From Octopus vulgaris (taxonomy: Eukaryota): a stretch of DNA of 64,000 bases. Under the pieces are notes generated by a model, which saw nothing but the letters and a program-made list of their open reading frames with translations, was not told the origin of the DNA and ran no database searches. Positions 47,627-60,644 of the stretch are shown here, piece by piece; positions within the stretch are counted from its first letter, which is position 1; every line of letters begins with the position of its first letter. The position numbers and the translations under genes are program-made. The stretch spans positions 14,074,001 through 14,138,000 of the forward strand of contig OX597828.1 in NCBI GenBank assembly GCA_951406725.2, given 5' to 3'.

Positions 47627-48662
47627 CACACTCGCTGAGTATCCTGTCGTTGCCTGGTCATTTTCACAATAGAAGGCCTTGGCGGACTTCGGAAATAGCA
47701 CAGCCACGTAAATTGGATTTTCTTCGTTTTGACGGGGATTTTTCATTTTTTTTGTTTTTGTTTTTGACTACACCCTTGCAAATGACGGGAAGTTCTTTAT
47801 GAAAAAAAATGTTTGGAAATTTATTAATCCCCCTACTCCCACCCGGCTTCCGGACCGATTTTGTCCACTTTTTTTCACAACGCACTTAAAAACAATGGGA
47901 GACGCCTTTTCGGTAGAAAAAAACGGAAAATTAAATTTATGATTTTACTTAGTTTCCCTACTAAGTAATGATTTTGGCCAATGTTTTTTTACACAATAGA
48001 TTTAAAACGATGGGAGAAGCCGTGAAAGTAAAAAAAAAAAATAATAACAAATTAGAAATTAGTGACACCATTATAATCCTCACCTCCCTAATTTTCAAAC
48101 AAAAAATGAAACTTAATTTAAAAACAATAGTGATATTTTTTCTTAATTTTCATTAACCTCCTCACCCCTCAATTCTTAAATTTCGGCTTATTTTCCGAAA
48201 TTTTTTAAGTCATAGTTTTAAGATACGGATAGTGTATGAGATTCCTGGATCTTGTACTCTGTCGGTTACGAGCGTGCTGCTTTCACGGATCCTCGTGACT
48301 CGCTGTCGTTATAACCAAAGGAAAAACTTGAGCCAACTTTTCTAGAACGATGCCTCAAATTTCTTCCTGAAACAAAATTTGTCAACAGGATGAAGTTTAA
48401 CAATTCAGTCTATAGGGTTAGGGTCAGCTAATTTAGGGATACATAGAGACTATGCGATTGCAATCATTAGTTTCTTCGCATGTGAAATACAGAATCTTTG
48501 AGCGTGCCGTTCAGCAGATCAAGAGGTCACAGGCTCATATTCTGTTCCCGACTGTGCAGTTTATTCCTGTTAAGACAGACATCAGTCTTTTTTTTTTTTT
48601 TTTTTTTTTACATGTTCAGTACTTCTAGTCACATAAATGTGCAGTTATTGTTAATTAACTTT

Positions 48663-48855
48663 AAGGCAGCGAGCTGGCAGAATCGTTACCGCGCCGGATA
48701 AAAAGTTTAGCAGAATTTCTTCCGGCTTTTTACATTCTGAATTTCAATGCCGTCGAGGTCGATTTTGCCTTTCATCCCTTCGGGGTCAGGGTAGACGTAA
48801 GTGACTTCGTCCTCCTCCCAAAATTGCCGGCTTTGTGCCAGAATGAGAAAGAATG
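48663..48855 (+). mobile_element. SINE family B, diverged
   Basis: Family match. Confidence 0.75.
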
Positions 48856-49954
48856 GTTGTTTATATCTAGATCAGCTCTGGTAGAGCAGATCTATGATCA
48901 AAATCGTTCCAGCAGTGACCATCTCAAATTTCATTTTGACAGTAAAACCTAGACATGCTAGACAGTAAAACGTAGACAGTAAAATCTAGATATGTAAAAC
49001 CTAGTGATGCTACTGGTCAATAGTTGGATGTGTGGGCGCACAATAGAAAAACCACGGCCAAAAGACTATTGGCATGATCTGGGACAGGGAATCGTAAATG
49101 GTTGCGTACAAGTAACTCCATTTTCTTTGCCATCGAAATGTACTTCCTTTCAGCAGCTATCGAAGGAGAAATCCGCGAAGGGAAGAATGGCACCAGGCAA
49201 CCAACAACACCCAATAAGAAGTACCATGGAGGCTGTCACTGAGATAACCACAACCCGTGTTGAGAGGCAGATGGAAATGATTTGGTGCAATTTGTTTGGA
49301 AGCAGACGATTTGACACGGCTGACTGGACATTCAGCCTGGTTCGGCGACGTTGCTTTTTGGCACATTTAAACAGAAAGAGTGAAAGAGAAAGAAAGGGAG
49401 AGAGGATTTATTTATTGGACATGATTGACACAAACACTTCCCTTTTCTTCATACACATGGAGAGAGAGGGGGAAAGGAGGGAGGGAGGGAGAGTGGTGGA
49501 GGAAGAGAACAAAAGAAACATCAGAACAAGAGAGACATTAAAACGTCTTATGTTAAATAAGTCTGCGCCGAATCAGCAACGCCAAACAGGCGGCGCTAAA
49601 ACGGCTGTGCCTTCGAACGATTCATGTCCGTATCGAAATGAGGCGAGTGCTGACAACACTTGATCAAACGGCAACATAAGCCATGATGAAGATCAAACTA
49701 AAGAAGTCCAGAAAAGTTAAAGTGATATACAGGCTGAAGTTTTTTTCTAGTGCAGTGAGAGGCTGTTCCATCGACAGAGGAAATCCAATTGAATCTATCG
49801 GAAAGTGTTTTGATGGATTCACCCATCAACAGGAATGTCACCATTAGTGTAAAACAAACAGGAGAATGGTTTTAAAGGATTAAAAAATTAAGGTTTCAGG
49901 GAAATTTCTAAGGACAACACTACAAAAACGAACAGCTGCTGCAGTTCATGTGAC

Positions 49955-50375
49955 GTTCAAATTCCGCCGAGGTCGACTTTACCTTTCATCCGTTCGGGGT
50001 CGATAAATAAAGTACCAGTTTCGCACTGGAGTCGATGTAATCGACTTAATCCCTTTGTTCTTGTTTGTCCCCTCTGTGTTTAGCCCCTTGTGGGCAATAA
50101 AGAAATATATATTGACAGTGCATGAGGTTCCTGGATCGGGCACTTCGTCGGTTACGACAACGAGGGTTCAAGTTGATCCGATCAACGTAAGTCTGCTCGT
50201 GAAATTAACGTGCAAGGGGCTGGCGCACTCCACACGCGCGTACCCTTAACGTAGATCTAAGAGAGATTCAATGTAGTACAGAATGTGACAAGGCTGATCC
50301 TCTGAATTCAAGTACAACTCATTATCCCCGGCTGAGTGGACTGGAGCGACGTGAAATACAGTATCTTGCTCAAGA
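49955..50375. mobile_element. SINE B 3' part (49955-50107, +) and CORE-type SINE with tail 3 (50120-50375, -)
   Basis: Family matches. Confidence 0.75.
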
Positions 50376-50854
50376 GTATTTTATGATGAGTCTAAAGTCT
50401 CCCTTGGTTTTACTACTGAATCATGTATACCATTGTTCTATATAAATTTTGCGTAAACTTTAAAATAACAGTGAGACTTTATTCCTTCGTAAAGAGGTGC
50501 AATGGATCAAGCAAGGAGCATTACAGCTTCTGGTGGTTGTAGTTAATCCATCGTTTGGATAATTCAGCCTGGACCGTCGTTGGTTACATGTGCTCCGTTA
50601 CATTAATCTTTCTCTGGTGAAAAACGGCAGGGAATCAGTATAACTTGCCTGGAGATAATTTGTCGCACCAATTTATGGAAAAAGGTAGGCTCCAGAGCCT
50701 AATGTGATATAGAAGTGACTAACTTGTTAGGAGGCATGTATCCAAACGGCGCATTTCTTCACCTGTTACTTTATAAAACAGACAAATATAGAATTCTGTT
50801 CATCAGGTCCAACTTTTTTTTAGTACTTAAATATAAAACCGAAATATGGTAGAT

Positions 50855-51139
50855 TAGGGGTTCTCAACTATTTTTAAAACTCTATGGACCCCTTTCATTG
50901 CTATTTTATTCTGGTAGACCCCCATAGCCGTTCGATGTTTAAAAACTAGTAAAATAGAAACTTCTTTCAAAATTCCTATTTTGTTTTTCGTGAAAGAAAT
51001 CTGGCTGTTTTTTGCAATACATACCAATAGATACATCTAAAGCAAACTTTATTCACGAACCCTCAAAACAGCATTATGGATACCCCAAAATCTTAAATGG
51101 ACCCTTCGGGACCCTATAGATCCTGACTGAGAACCACTG
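50855..51139. mobile_element. hAT-type MITE
   Basis: TIR (c/t)ag(t/g)ggttctca; perfect 8-bp TSD tggtagat; related copy at 63256. Confidence 0.85.
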
Positions 51140-51411
51140 TGGTAGATTATGTATAGACAACAACAACTACAACAACAACAGCAGCAACAACAACAGCCGT
51201 CCAAGAATTTGGACCTGGAGATCTCCATTTCCTGCGACTTCAAGGGCCACCTCTCTGTGGTGTCGGGCGTCAACGAAGAGCCCTCGACTACAACAAGACG
51301 ACCAAAGTTTTTTTTTTTCCAAGGGCTGGGGTCTCCCGCTCCTAAGCCCTAGACCACCACCTAATCACCCTTACCCGTCTTGTTGCTTAACAACCACAAC
51401 AACAACAATAA

Positions 51412-51810
51412 TTCTTCTTACTATAGGCACAAGGCCTGAAATTTTAGGGAAGGGGACAGTCAATTACACTGACCCCAGTACTCAAGTGATACCTATTTTA
51501 TCGACTCCGAAAGGATGAAAGCCAAAGTCGACCTCGGCGGAATTTGAACTCAGAACGTAAAGACGGACGAAATACCTATTTCTTTATTACCCACAAGGGG
51601 CTAAACATAGAGGGGACAAACAAGGACAGACATACGTATTAAGTCGATTACATCGACACTAGTGCGGAACTGGTACTTAATTTATCGACCCCGAAAGGAT
51701 GAAAGGCAAAGTCAACCTCGGCGGAATTTGAACTCACAACGTAGCGACAGACGAAGTACCGCCAAGCAGTTCGCCCGACGTGCTAACGATTCTGCCAGTT
51801 CACCGCCTTC
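51412..51810 (-). mobile_element. SINE family B, tandem bodies
   Basis: Reverse complement of the consensus. Confidence 0.85.
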
Positions 51811-51880
<70 letters not shown>

Positions 51881-51881
<1 letters not shown>

Positions 51882-52419
51882 AAATGCCCTGATGCAGTAC
51901 CAAGCAGTGACTCTCATGGCTGCTGATCTTAACTGATTGGAAGTGTTATTCATATACATTGTTTTGTCTTGGTATAAAAGATAGGCTACAGCAAATATTC
52001 TGCTCAATGCTTGTCAGTTGCTTGACCTCAACCAGTTGAGCATGTCCCTTAGTGGCTGGCAATATGTGCATTTCTGATCATGAGCAGAAGTAGTGGGGGA
52101 ACATCATAGCCATATGTTGAAAGGGATTCTTTGGGGTTTGTATAATTCACCTCTGGAAACATGGGTGTTTCGTTCAACAAGCCTTATTCCGGGACCTTTT
52201 GAGCGGGATGGGTTACTCGACCAGAAGAAAATTCTAACTGGACCCCACCTGCAAGGTCATGTACTGTTTATCTTGATATGAGATCACCATGTCGCGCACA
52301 TATGGTTGTGATGCATGTGCCTAGTGTACCCTTATCAGACGAGTAGTCATGATGGGTATACTGGGCTTCGTATATTTTACCCCAGTGTCACTTTGATGGC
52401 ATGCACTGCTCTCTCACTC

Positions 52420-52420
<1 letters not shown>
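51881..52420 (+). mobile_element. Non-coding retroelement-like insert inside a (TAA)n microsatellite
   Basis: Flanked by (TAA)n(TGA)n on the left and (TAA)n on the right; second fragment at 8620-8800. Confidence 0.65.
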
Positions 52421-52451
<31 letters not shown>

Positions 52452-52456
52452 TAATG

Positions 52457-52507
<51 letters not shown>

Positions 52508-52509
<2 letters not shown>

Positions 52510-52707
52510 GCACAAGGCTTGAAGTTTGTAGGGAGGGTAAATCTATCACATCGACACAGTACTTGACTGGTACAAAATTTAACGACCTCGAAAGGATGAA
52601 AGGCAAAGTCGACATCGGCGGAATTTGAATCCAGAACGTAAAGACGGACGAAATACTGCTAAGCGTTTCGAATAGCGTACTCACGATTCTGCCAGCTTGC
52701 CGCCTCC

Positions 52708-52757
<50 letters not shown>

Positions 52758-53435
52758 GGTTTCAAATTTTGGCACAAGGCCAGCAATTGTGGGGTAGGGT
52801 GCAAGTCGATTACATCGATCTCAGTGCTCTACTTGTACTTATTTTATCGACCATGAAAGGTAAAGTTGGCCTCAGTGGAATTTGAACTCACATCATAATA
52901 TTCGAAAGGAATACTTATTTCTTTACTACCCACAAGGGGCTAAACACAGAGGTGACAAACAAGGACAGACAAACGGATTAAGTCGATTATATCGATCCAG
53001 TGCATAACTGGTACTCATTTAATCGACCCCGAAAGGATGAAAGGCAAAGTCGACCTCGGCGGAATTTGAACTCAAACGAAATACGGCTACGCATTTCGCC
53101 CAGCGTGCTAACGTTTCTGCCAGCTCGAAAGGAATACTGTTAAGCATTTTGTCCGACATGCTAACGATTCTAGCAGCTAGCCTACTTAAATTTAAAAAAA
53201 AAAAAAAAAAAATTTTAAATAAAAATAATCTTTTCTGTTATAGGCACAAAGGTTGAAATTTTGCGGGTGGAGCTAAATTGATTACTTTCGACCCCATTGT
53301 TCAACTGATACTTATTTTATAAGCTCCGAAAGGAAAACTCGATCACGGTGGAATTTGAACTCCGATCGTAAAGGTAGACGAAATGGCGCCAAGCATTTTA
53401 TCCAGAGCACTAACGATTCCAGCAGCCAGCCGACT
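52508..53435 (-). mobile_element. Cluster of SINE family B copies
   Basis: Copies at 52508-52708, 52758-53190 and 53228-53435. Confidence 0.82.
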
Positions 53436-53479
53436 TTAAAAAAATAAATACATAAATAAAAATGAAAATAAAAATGGAA

Positions 53480-53886
53480 CCCGAGATCAACAAATGTGGA
53501 GGTGAAGTTTTATATAGGATTTGTCTCCCTTTGAGGTAAAATGGTTGTTTTAAGTTCCGTTTACTAAACCAGTAACGTGGTGGTTACACTAACGACACTC
53601 GTCCCAAGTAAGTTGACATTATTACCATTACAAACAACCCTATTTCATTCGTGCTTTAACCTATAAAAAAACTCTTTCTGCTTTCTAAACGATTAAATCG
53701 TCGTCAAAGGCTCACTAACGCTCTTTATTTTAAATTATTTAGAGAAAGTAGTAGTGGTAGTAGTAATTTAGTGTAGGAGTTAAACTCTCTAAGAACAAAG
53801 TCCTCGTCTCGGTTTCGATTCCAGATTGTTTGTTGTTTTTACAGTTTACATTACATACATCGTTAAATGCTTGTTGGAAGGTATGA
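53480..53886 (+). promoter_or_regulatory. Putative PUS7 promoter and non-coding first exon (donor gaag|gtatga at 53880/81)
   Basis: Unique CpG-retaining DNA upstream of PUS7 with a good donor site. PUS7 needs an upstream exon because its ATG abuts an acceptor. Confidence 0.35.
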
Positions 53887-54559
53887 CTGTTAATCACATT
53901 TATTTCCTATCTTCTCGTAAGTAATTTGATATTTAGAATATTTTTTTCCCGAGGAAATTTACAATTGTTTATATTTACCCAAAAGAACGGGTTTTACAAC
54001 TTCCGTTTTATTATCCTTCTGAAGTTGCTAACTGACGGAATTCGTATTGCAGTCTCATCTCTCTCTTGCTTTATTTTTATTCAATTACCATTTATCGTAA
54101 TATCGACATAGTTTAGAATTTCAACGACGTGAAAAACAAAAAGGAATCTATTAAATGAACAAAAATACTTCCTTCGCGTTGATGTATTGTAATTATCTCC
54201 CTTCGACTAAATCTTATGTTATAATTACTTCCCTTGGATTTTTTTTCTTTGCTTTTTGTGGTTAGCCACTGTAACACGTGCGACCGAAGTTAGTCGCAAA
54301 GAAATTGTCCTAAATATCTATACCAAGAGTATTGGTGGAATTCGATAGAATTTCTTTGGATGCAAGTGGAAGTAGTATCTTAGTCAATACAAAAATCATC
54401 ACTGAAAGCAAATTATTAAATTGCAACAAGTAATCTAGACTGTATATTATGTGTTGATATATAAACACTTGTGGTTCCGAAACCACAGAGATGTACGCCG
54501 CGTACGGTAACACGCAAACACGGTCGCTGGGGTGCATATAGAGATCGATAGCTACCTTT

Positions 54560-54784
54560 GGTACTACTTAAGAAGAGTGGGCCCGGTGCGCGCACTCGCG
54601 TATTCGCGCATCGGTGCTAGCTAGTCGTAACTAGTCAATCCTACAACGACTACCTAGCAAAGTAAATAAAACACATAATAAACAATTTTTTTAAAACAAA
54701 GTAAAATAAATCACAACGTAAGGATCGACTAGTAACGCGGATGCGCGAGTGCGCGCACCGGGACCACTCTTCTTAAGTAGTACC
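54560..54784. mobile_element. Merlin-type MITE (225 bp), GC-rich ~41-bp TIRs
   Basis: TIR ggtactacttaagaagagtgg(g/t)cccggtgcgcgcactcgc; perfect 8-bp TSD ctaccttt. Confidence 0.9.
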
Positions 54785-55272
54785 CTACCTTTTGTTGATT
54801 AAAGTATGGGGGAGGGGGAAATGGGTTGTTTTTACTGCATTTTTTACTTTGGGACAAAATATATTTTTTACAAATTCTTTTACTTGTTTCAGTCATTTGA
54901 CCGCTGCCATACAGGACCATCGCCTTACAAAAACAATATCACCTAATCAAATGGTCTTTAAATGCATTAAAAGCATTGTAATATAACCTGATCGCTATTT
55001 CAGAAAATTATTTTCCATTCTCATTTAGAAATTTAGCTGGGGCAAAATGAGTAAGGCAAGATAAGGTAAATTTGCCACTCCAGTTCTCTAGAAAACAGAC
55101 TCATACACATCAGCATTCATCTCTAGACATCAGAAATGTAAAAAAAAACAAGAAGTAAGATTAAGGTCAAATGAATGAGGCTCCGGGAAAAATGGCACGA
55201 TATGTAATTAACGAAACTTGACTAGATAAAAAAAGACTCCACATAAATTAAATATTCTCTATAACTTCTTCA

Positions 55273-55688
55273 GGATCTTTTATGTTTGAATGGCAGTTTT
55301 TAACATAATTTCTAGGTAACTAAAAAATTTTAAACTTCGTATACTGGTAGAATGTGTTTATAAAACATCTTTTTCTCTTGGCTTTATTGAGAAAATTCTA
55401 TGGTTTGTAAGATATTTGTTGTTTTTTTCTTCAATTTCTGCAATTTCATCCAATCACTGACATCCATTAAGGTAAAAAACATTCTGTGCCGTATGAATAT
55501 GTCCGTCGTTTAAGAAACAAATTGGGTTTATTTACATTTCTGAAGAAAAAAAGATACCCTTTCCCCACCCCTAACCCTAGCCCTAAAACAGATTGAAATG
55601 CAATAGATCGATACTAGGGTCATAATTATGGGTGACAATTTCATATGACACCACTAGAAAAAAACTGCCGTTCAAACCGAAAAGATCC
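55273..55688. mobile_element. Merlin-type MITE (sister of 42546, inverted) with ccctaaccctagccctaa
   Basis: GG...CC TIRs; perfect 8-bp TSD cttcttca. Confidence 0.9.
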
Positions 55689-56099
55689 CTTCTTCACGAT
55701 CAACTGGAGTGACCTCTTCGTGATATATTTACACACCATGAGGTTAAAAAGAAGAAATTATTGAAATTAGTTATTACTTATTTTACCCTATTTTAGATAT
55801 CGTGTTTTGAAACTTGAAAATTAATAAATTAAACATTAGTGTGGGGAAAAATTGATTTGGAATCCAGCGGAGAAAAGAATACTGATTGTTAAACACCAAA
55901 AATTATCCAGGTATATATTGTTAGCATCCTCAATTACAATTGGTTCAAAGTTCAGGGAAAATTTCTTGACAAAAGAGGACATGTCACCTGACTATGTTTC
56001 TGATTCTCAGCTTCAGCAATAACAACTATGCTGACCAATTTTTACTCCTAAATATAATGTAGCAATTCAAAATGATGATGCAGTACTTGCAATGTAATA

Positions 56100-56588
56100 A
56101 TTGGCAATCCTTCGGTTTGACTCGACAAAACAATAACAAGACCTCGCTTGTTTCCGAGACAACTCAACAATTCACTTTGGATATCTTCGTGACCTCAGTA
56201 ACAGCTACTAAAGTGTGTTTGAGTGTACGGGCGTGCTTCTTCTTGTGTGTGTGTGTGTGTGTGTGCATGCTTGTTCTTGTCTGTGTGTGTGTGTGTGTGC
56301 GTGCGTGCTTCTTGTCTGTGTGTCAGAACAAACACACAGACAAGAACAAGCATGCACGCACATACAGACAAGAACAAGCATGCACACACATACAGACAAG
56401 AAGAAGCACGCACACACACACATACAGACAAGAAGAAGCATGCACACACATACAGACAAGAAGAAGCACGCACACACACACACAAGAACGAGCACACACA
56501 CAGACACACTTTAGTAGCATGAAGACATCCGAAATGAATTGTTGAGTTGTCACGGAAACAAGCAAGTCAAACTGAAGGATCACCTAAT
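56100..56588. mobile_element. Foldback-like palindromic element with internal CA-rich tandem units
   Basis: tccttcggtttgac...cttgtttccgagacaactcaacaattca...gctactaaagtgtgt mirrored at the right end; centre at about 56325. Confidence 0.75.
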
Positions 56589-56892
56589 AATTTCAAACAA
56601 GCTGAGAGAAAATAACAAGAAATCAGATCGAACTCATTTTGCCCCACCACCATCCATAGTAAGATATACAGACAGCTGAATATGAGAATATATAATCTCA
56701 TAGCTATTGTAATAATATGTTAGTACTTGTTTTTGAGGAGGCTTTTTTTCTGACTTACAAAAACGTATTGGTCAGTTTGTTTAGGTCCCCATAACACATC
56801 GATTCAGTAAACGTACTGGGGTTGATCTATTCTACTAAGACTTTCCAAGATGGTGCTCCAGCATGTCCCAAGTCCAAAAATCAAAATCAAAT

Positions 56893-57370
56893 TTGACGAC
56901 TGGCGTCCATGCTAGCAGGGTGCAAAGAGCACCATACGAGTGTGATCCTTGATAGAGCGGCTAACCGGCTTCCGTGCCAGTGGCACATAAAAGACATCAT
57001 TCAAGTGTGATCATTACCAGCGTTGTCTTACTGGCACTCGAGCCCCGTGCTAGTAGGGTGTTAAATGCACCATCCAAGCATGATCATTACCAGCATCGCC
57101 TTACTGACACCTGTGCTGGTGGCATGTGTAAAAGATTTGAGCGAGGTCGTTGCCAGTACCGCCTGACTGGCCCTCATGCTGGTGGCACGTAAAAGCACCC
57201 ACTGCTCTCTCGGAGTGGTTGGCGTTAGGAAGGGCATCCAGCTCTAGAAACCCTGCCAGATCAAGATTGAAGCCTGGTGCAGCCATCTGGTTTGCCAGCC
57301 CTCAGTCAGATCGTCCAACCCATGCTAGCATGGAAAGTGAACGTTAAACAATGATGAGGACAATGATGAT
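56893..57370 (+). mobile_element. SINE-like family D, sense copy
   Basis: ...ggttggcgttaggaagggcatccagc...catgctagcatggaaagtgaacgttaaacaatgatg tail. Confidence 0.8.
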
Positions 57371-57802
57371 ATATATATATATAAACACTTGTAAATGTGA
57401 AAGTGTGTGGAGATATATTGGTATTCATGTTGAAGAAAGAATATAATATAATAATATATAAAAAGCTGCTGCCATGATAGTATACAGTAAGATATATAGA
57501 CATCAGTAGTTAGGAAAATAAATAGTGAATTACACATAGATGTAGTTAAAGAAGGTAGTTAAAGATATTTAAATATCTACCACTCTATCACACAGTACAA
57601 TCACTCTGTTGATGAGCCCTTAGATGACTTTTAAGACCAGCTGCTGACTGACAGGATTTAAAACAAAAGTGACAGATATTATTTAAGTTTCTTCTACATT
57701 TTGTCCTTTAGAATCTGATTCTGAAGGAATGTTTTTGTGAACTAGCATATGTCTAAGTCCAGATATTGTCTTACAATATATATATATATACATATCCAAA
57801 CA

Positions 57803-58020
57803 AGGCTGTGAGCTGGCAGAAACGTTAGCATGCTAGGTGAAATTCTTAACGATATTTTGTCTGTCTTTACATCCTGAGTTCAGATTCCACCAAGGTCCAA
57901 TTTGCCTTTCATCCTTTTGGGGTCAATAAATTAAGTACCAGTTGCATATTTGGGTCGATCTATTCGACTGCCCCCACTCCCCCAAAAATTTTGGGCCTTG
58001 TGCCTAGAGTCGAAAGGAAT
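57803..58020 (+). mobile_element. SINE family B (CpG-decayed)
   Basis: Family match. Confidence 0.8.
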
Positions 58021-59484
58021 ATATCCAAACACACATTCCATCATCATTATCATTAATGTTTCTCTTCTATGCTGGCCTGAGTTGGGTGGTTTGATTGGAT
58101 CCGGTGAACCAGAGGACTACTTCAAGCTTCAGTGTCTGCTTTGTTATGTTTTCTACAGTTGGATGCCCATCCTAATGTTTCCTGGGTACATGTTTTCATG
58201 GCACCAGCACAAGTGAGGTCACTAAGTAACTCACAAGACAAGACAGCTCAAATGAGTTGGAGTGTGATACTTAGCGAGGTGCCTGTATTCCAGGTGCTGA
58301 GAGGCTAAATTATAATAGATGGACAGAAATAGGTGGCTTACTGTAAACAAATGGCTAATTCAGCTGGAAAGGGAGAAATAATGGTGGTGATGAGATTTTA
58401 GGGTGTCGCCTCAAGGTACAAGAATATGATTATAAAAGAAAAAGGGGACAGATGACTGGGAAGGGTAAGCAAGGAGAATGACAGAGTTAGAGATGAGGAT
58501 AGAAATGAATGCAGTGAAAGGTGAGCAAGGAGAGGTTGATGGTAAATATCAGGTGGGTGGCGATGAAGGAAATAGGAGTGGGTCAGAGAAGAGAAGGTGC
58601 AGGTGCATGGCTTAGTGGTTAGGATGTTTTGCACTTATAATTGTAAGATTATGGTTTCAATTCCTGGACTGGGCAATGCATTGTGTTCTTGAGCAAAGCT
58701 CTTCATTTCAAGTTGCTCCAATGCACTCAGCTGCAGCGTCCCATCCAGGGAGGAATATGCACACCAAGAAACTGGTCCTATGCTCCTTGTGGAGTGATGA
58801 GGACTGACCGTACCCTAACCAGAGAGGAGAAGGAGAAGTGACAGAGCAAAGAGTTGTGGTGGCAGTGTGATAAAACTGTAGATAAATGAGAAATAGGAAG
58901 CTGTGAAGTGCTGAAGGAAAGAGATAGATCAGAGGTATGTACACTAGCGTAGCTAGAGTGTGTCGCCCAGGGTGGCCCTTCAGTTTACTGCACCCAGACA
59001 ACCCTTCAGTTTGCCACCCCCAGACCACTACAAAAGATACTTATTGTCTACAGCAGACCCAAAAGTGGTGCCACATGCTCTATTCCCCTCTAGCTATGCT
59101 AGGGGTGGATACTCACTGAGTGACAAAGGTGAAGAGACCATAGGTGGCAGATCTGAAAGGGTGTTGAGAAGGATAGCAAATATGGAAGGATGAGATATGA
59201 CCATCATAAAATGTAGCTTAGGGAAAAGGAGTATTCTCTATAAAATAAAATGGGAATAGATTATACTGAGAATGTAGGAAAGGTGACAAAAGAATGTAGT
59301 CCCAAAGGGTGGGATAACTGGGAGTACAATAGAGGATGGAATATGTGCAGTTTTGTTATATAATTACAGCAGCTGAATGAGTAGTGCCATAGTCAGAAGA
59401 GTGACAGAGGGATGACAGTTAGGAAGAAGAGTTGTGGGAAATGCTTGACAGGAACAGATTTGGTATTGGAACATAGACATATTA

Positions 59485-59700
59485 GTGGGTGCTGAATTGT
59501 TCCTGGCTTTAGCTAAAAGAAAATACAGGAAGATCAGTTGATTACAATTTTATTCAACATATTCTCCTCTCAGATTTACACACTTATTGCGGTGGTCCAG
59601 CAGTTTTTCTAAGCTCTGTAAAAGAACCTGCAAGGTTGGACCTCCAACCAGGCCTTTCGTGATACCCTTAAAACCAGGAACTTTTTTCAGCACCCCTTTG
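59485..59700. mobile_element. mariner-derived MITE
   Basis: TIR gggtgctgaa..gttcctgg / ccaggaactttttcagcaccc; TA at the right end. Confidence 0.7.
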
Positions 59701-59897
59701 TAAAGTGTGCTTTAGGACCTCATTTTCTCCAAAATTTGATGAGTCTTCCTGAGCATGGTAAATCACCAGTCATCTTGTTCCTTTGTTATTTCCTCCATGG
59801 GGGTCCAAAATCCTGAAGTCAGTCTTCACTACGGAAACCACATGGTTGCAAAGTATGTTTCTTAATCACTCAGCCACACCTGCCCTTATAATATTCC

Positions 59898-60170
59898 CTT
59901 TTACTCTTTTACTTGTTTCAGTCATTTGACTGTGGCCTGCTGGAGCACCGCCTTTAGTTGAGCACATCTCATTGAGCAGTACTTATTCTATTTGTCTCTT
60001 TTGAGCAGTACTTATTCTATCGGTCTCTTTTGCCAAATCGCTAAGTTACGAGGACGTAAACACACCAGCATCGATTGTCAAGCGATGTTGCAGAGTACAA
60101 ACACAGACACACCAACATATACACACACACATACATGCATATATATGTGTGTATCTATCTCTCTATCTAC

Positions 60171-60201
<31 letters not shown>

Positions 60202-60366
60202 CGACGGGTTCCTTTCAGTTTCCGCCTACTAAATTCACTCACAAAGCTTTGGTCAGCCCAAGGTTATAGTAGAAGATACTTGCCCAAGGTGCCATGCAGT
60301 GGGACTGAACCCAGAAGCATGTGATTTGTAAGCAAGCTACTTACCACACAGCCACTCCTGTGCCTA
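59898..60366 (-). mobile_element. SINE family A
   Basis: Reverse complement of the consensus with a small internal duplication. Confidence 0.85.
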
Positions 60367-60554
60367 TTGAGATTTTTTCAAAAATTTCAGGCCTTGTGCC
60401 TAGAGTAGAAAAGAATATTGAGATTTTTGTGCCAATATTATCAAAAAGATGTTATATTACCAAGTGATCCAAAACACCATTTATAACTGTTTTTTTTTCT
60501 TTTTGTTTTCGTATTTTCCTCTCTACACTTCTCTGTGAAATTTGCTACTACAAG

Positions 60555-60644
60555 ATGGAACAGACCAATGCTAAAAGAGTAAATGAGGAAGAACATGAAG
60601 GAAATAGTGTGAAAAAACAGAAATTGGAAACCATATCAACAGAG
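60555..60644 (+). CDS. PUS7: Pseudouridylate synthase 7 homolog, first coding exon (MEQTNAKRVNEEEHEGNSVKKQKLETISTE)
   Basis: ATG directly after a polypyrimidine tract and caag acceptor; donor gag|gtgagt (phase 0). KR...KKQK resembles an NLS. Confidence 0.75.

Noticed and set aside
49004-49663. 219-aa ORF
   Set aside because: No recognisable domain, runs through a GA-rich low-complexity tract, and has no convincing splice context; probably decayed repeat sequence.
56072-56545. Overlapping Cys/Val- or His/Thr-rich ORFs on both strands
   Set aside because: Products of the CA-rich palindromic repeat.
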